This document shows, one piece after another, positions 60,980 to 64,000 of a DNA stretch of 64,000 bases. Below the pieces are notes generated by a model. It ran no database searches and was not told where the DNA came from. It saw only the letters and a list, made by a program, of their open reading frames with translations. Each line of letters begins with the position of its first letter. Position 1 is the first letter of the stretch. The stretch lies in assembly GCA_001661245.1 (NCBI GenBank), contig KV454016.1, forward strand, positions 1,052,268 through 1,116,267. The letters run 5' to 3'. The translations under genes were made by a program, and so were the position numbers. Source of the DNA: Pachysolen tannophilus NRRL Y-2460. Lineage: Eukaryota.

Positions 60980-63702
60980 GATCTCTATAGAATTTATAAT
61001 GCACTAAAACTAATATGAATATGAATATGAATATCTAATCTAAATAAAAACTGTTTAAGTCTATTTGAATTGATTGTAGAACACAAAAACGAATAAGAAT
61101 TGAAAACGAGGAAACCAGTGGTTTATATACCTTTCAAAAACAAATCTGATTACATCATCATCAACGTTACAAAAAGAACAAGTTTTTGTTTCAATTTTTC
61201 TTTTTGTTAACTTAAGCCGGTGATGTAATCTTAATTTAAGTTAACCAATGAATTGTTCAACTTTAAAATTTATAATAGCGGTTTTTTACTTTATTTGGTC
61301 CAAGGTTTTTTTGACTTTTTTTAACAATTACATCACAAAAGAATATTTGTTTTCATCAAGTCTAATCAAATCTTTTGAAATTCATTTAAAAAATATATCA
61401 GTAAATCTGGGATTTTAGAGCAAAGCACTTTGGTAATAATAATTACTAAGCGTTATGGTATAGCCCTGGTTGAATGGGAATGCAAGGCATCGGAAAAATC
61501 TTTTTTTTCATCTGTTTCGTCATCTACATGAAGAAAATTAAGGTTTACAGACCGAAGCTGTTATATTACGTCATACCAGTTTTTTTTCCGGCGTTGAAGT
61601 GCGTGTTCTACAAAAATCAAAATTTAAAATTCAATAGAAGAATAAAAGAACCACAAACTACAATTAAATCCGGATAATCACCGAGGTTTTTCTTAAATAC
61701 AAAAATATTCGAGCATTGGCTACACCAAGGGAAATCAAGAAAAAGTTTTAAACGTTGAAAAGTGTTGAACGTCTTTTTCTGATTCCTTTTACCTTTCATG
61801 AGTTTAAACTGTTTGACTTTTGTTTAACCTAATATTTGAATTCTATAAGCCAATGTGCTTGAGGGAATATTTTTTTTTTTATTCTAGATGGATTTATGAC
61901 ATAAGTGAGTTAGAACCCCCGAAGGTATTTGTTTTCGGAAAAATAGAAAACATTACGCAACGGAATTCCGCTTGGCATAACTTTCTTAATTATTTTGATT
62001 TAAATTTTTTAAACTTTGATTTTTAATATTTTTTTTTCTTTTCTGTTAGAAACCAGAACTCATCACTTTTATTAAAACCTGATTCCTTAATTACAAAAAC
62101 TAGAACACATAAATTTTACAATTAGAATATGAGTTGAAGTTGCAAAATAAAATTTTTATGTTGCAATTTTGAATATGATTGATTGTAAGTAAAAAAAAAA
62201 GAGTTCTTTTTAAGATTTTTTGTTTCATCTATGTTTTAAATGTTCGTAGCGCCCTGCCCATGTTTAATGTATTTCGGAGTACAAATATTGACTAATGTCA
62301 TAAATTGCAGAAAGTTCAATCCATATTAATTGTTTTATGATGTAAGACTAGTATTTAGAAATAATTGATCGGCTCCCGATAAAAAAAAGATCGGTATGAC
62401 GTAATCATTCTTTCCTTATTTTTTTAACTTGTAATGTTAAAAAAAAAAAAAAATAAATAAATAGGAGCGCTATAAAAAGTATTTATTGTTAATTTTAGGT
62501 ACTAAGTACCTCGTATCATAAATAATGCTTTGCAAAGATGAAATCCTACTGCTGCCCTAATTACCGATACGTAAATAAAAAATCGTGGTTTTGAATGAGG
62601 TAATTTTAATTGTAGGCATCAAGGTTTGTGTAATATTACTTCGGAAACAAAGAAAAAAATAATTGGATTCCGTAAATGCTGTTTGTTCTTAAAACAGCTC
62701 GTGCTTGAAGATCTGTTTCCCTATACGTCCACATTATAAATCGTTCTCGTGTATTGATAACTTGAAATCTGTTTTATTACCCAATTTGATTTCCTGATTT
62801 TTTTTGCATTTCATTATCGATATGACTTTTATCTTGAAGCGCTTAAAAGGCGAAGATATATATTGAAGGGTAAAACTTATTGTTTATGATTTTTTCATTA
62901 CAGATTTCAATGATTGTTTTATCAAGTTTTACTGATGTGGTAATATAGAAGTCTTTGGTACTAGAACTAGCTAGGACCAATATAGACTAACGTGGGACTA
63001 ACATTCTCATTTATTAAAGTACTTTTTTGAGTCCAAAAAGAGAGGTAATTTTTACACTATTAAAATATTATGCCATGCGTCATTTTGTAATTATTAAAGC
63101 ATATTAAGCAGTTTATCTTTTAAGACCCATTGATAACCGTAGTCGTTTCGTTTTAAAAAATAATTGAAAGCAAAATGAGTTTCCTTCTTATTTTTCAAAA
63201 GGACTCGATTAAGATAGTTTTTAATCAACTCTGTTTTGTTTAACGCAAAAACCTAAATTTTGTTTATTATATGTGCATCAAAATTGGTGAATCTCGTCTT
63301 TCAAACTAATTTGACCAAACGCTGCTATATTATTGTATATTTCCTTCTTAAAAGTGTTTGTGTGTGTGTGTGCGTGTATTAATTATTTTTATTTTTTTTT
63401 TTTTTTTTTTGCTGTGGTTTCTCTAAATGCATATCAGCGAAACGAATGTAAAGATAAAGAAGAAAACAAAAAGGTCTATTCCCGATACAAAGATTTGATA
63501 ATCAAGTTGTATAAGGTTAGTAAAAAATGTTCTGACTTTCAAAAATAAAGAAGAATAGCTAGCTAGAAATATGTATTTCTCCCTGAAGCAAAGTTTAGTT
63601 AATGGGAAATAGCTTTCATACGTTTCCTAGAAAATTTGTAATGATATTGAATGGCATCTATTTTATACAACTGATGGATCGAAGAGTTAGATTTTTGGAA
63701 AT

Positions 63703-64000
63703 CTATAAATCATTGAATCCATTAAAGATCATTAAGGTGATAAAAGTACTGATGCTGAACCCAATTATTGATAGCAAAGCTACTTGTTTTAATTCGTTTA
63801 GTTCGACCATATGTGGATTTAGTTTTTTTAACTTTTTCCTATTTCCGTAAGCATGGTATCCCTCTAAATTTGCATCTGTGATATCTGTTTCTAGCTTTCT
63901 CTTTCTTGATTTCAATTTACATACCTCTTGATCTCTTGTTAACTTTGTTGGACTTGCGATTCCAGGGGCTCTTCGTTTCCCATTAATGCGGACACCAAAA
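63703..64000 (-). CDS. 3' end of a gene entering from the right edge; C-terminal hydrophobic segment (possible tail anchor)
   Basis: Frame open from the window end (..FGVRINGKRRAPG...VA.LSIIGFSISTFIT.MIFNGFNDL*). Confidence 0.55.
   Translation of the reverse strand, partial: FGVRINGKRRAPGIASPTKLTRDQEVCKLKSRKRKLETDITDANLEGYHAYGNRKKLKKLNPHMVELNELKQVALLSIIGFSISTFITLMIFNGFNDL

Noticed and set aside
60980..63702. 2.7-kb gene-free AT-rich region as a centromere, LTR or ncRNA locus
   Set aside because: No CDE motifs, repeat pair or recognisable RNA structure; compatible with a long promoter plus terminator.

Overview
AT-rich budding-yeast (Saccharomycotina) chromosomal segment with about 25 protein-coding genes, two tRNA genes (Asp-GTC, Ala-AGC), three spliceosomal introns and one 316-N assembly gap. 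Gene order follows blocks I recall from the Saccharomyces ancestor: ERG2-PFK2, YNR014W-like-PHO91-URK1 with PRP2 further along, ERV41/ITT1, and ECM38-MSB1-IES4-EXG1. The main anomaly is three separate short inversions (about 395, 645 and 612 bp), each with one breakpoint inside a gene. The 5' end and promoter of ERV41, the 5' end and promoter of the gamma-glutamyltranspeptidase ECM38, and the last two codons, stop and 3' flank of MSB1 all lie on the strand opposite the rest of their gene. Reverse-complementing each segment gives an in-frame junction with no base gained or lost (1-3 bp microhomology) that restores the family motif. This is either a eukaryotic intragenic-inversion phenomenon or a systematic assembly artefact; raw reads or PCR would decide. 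CTG codons fall at positions I recall as Ala (sometimes Ser) in orthologues, suggesting a non-standard CUG code, probably CUG-Ala. Two genes (a class-2 DYRK kinase and ECM38) carry single-base frameshifts in homopolymers. Gene identifications rest on motif recognition from memory; no database searches were run.
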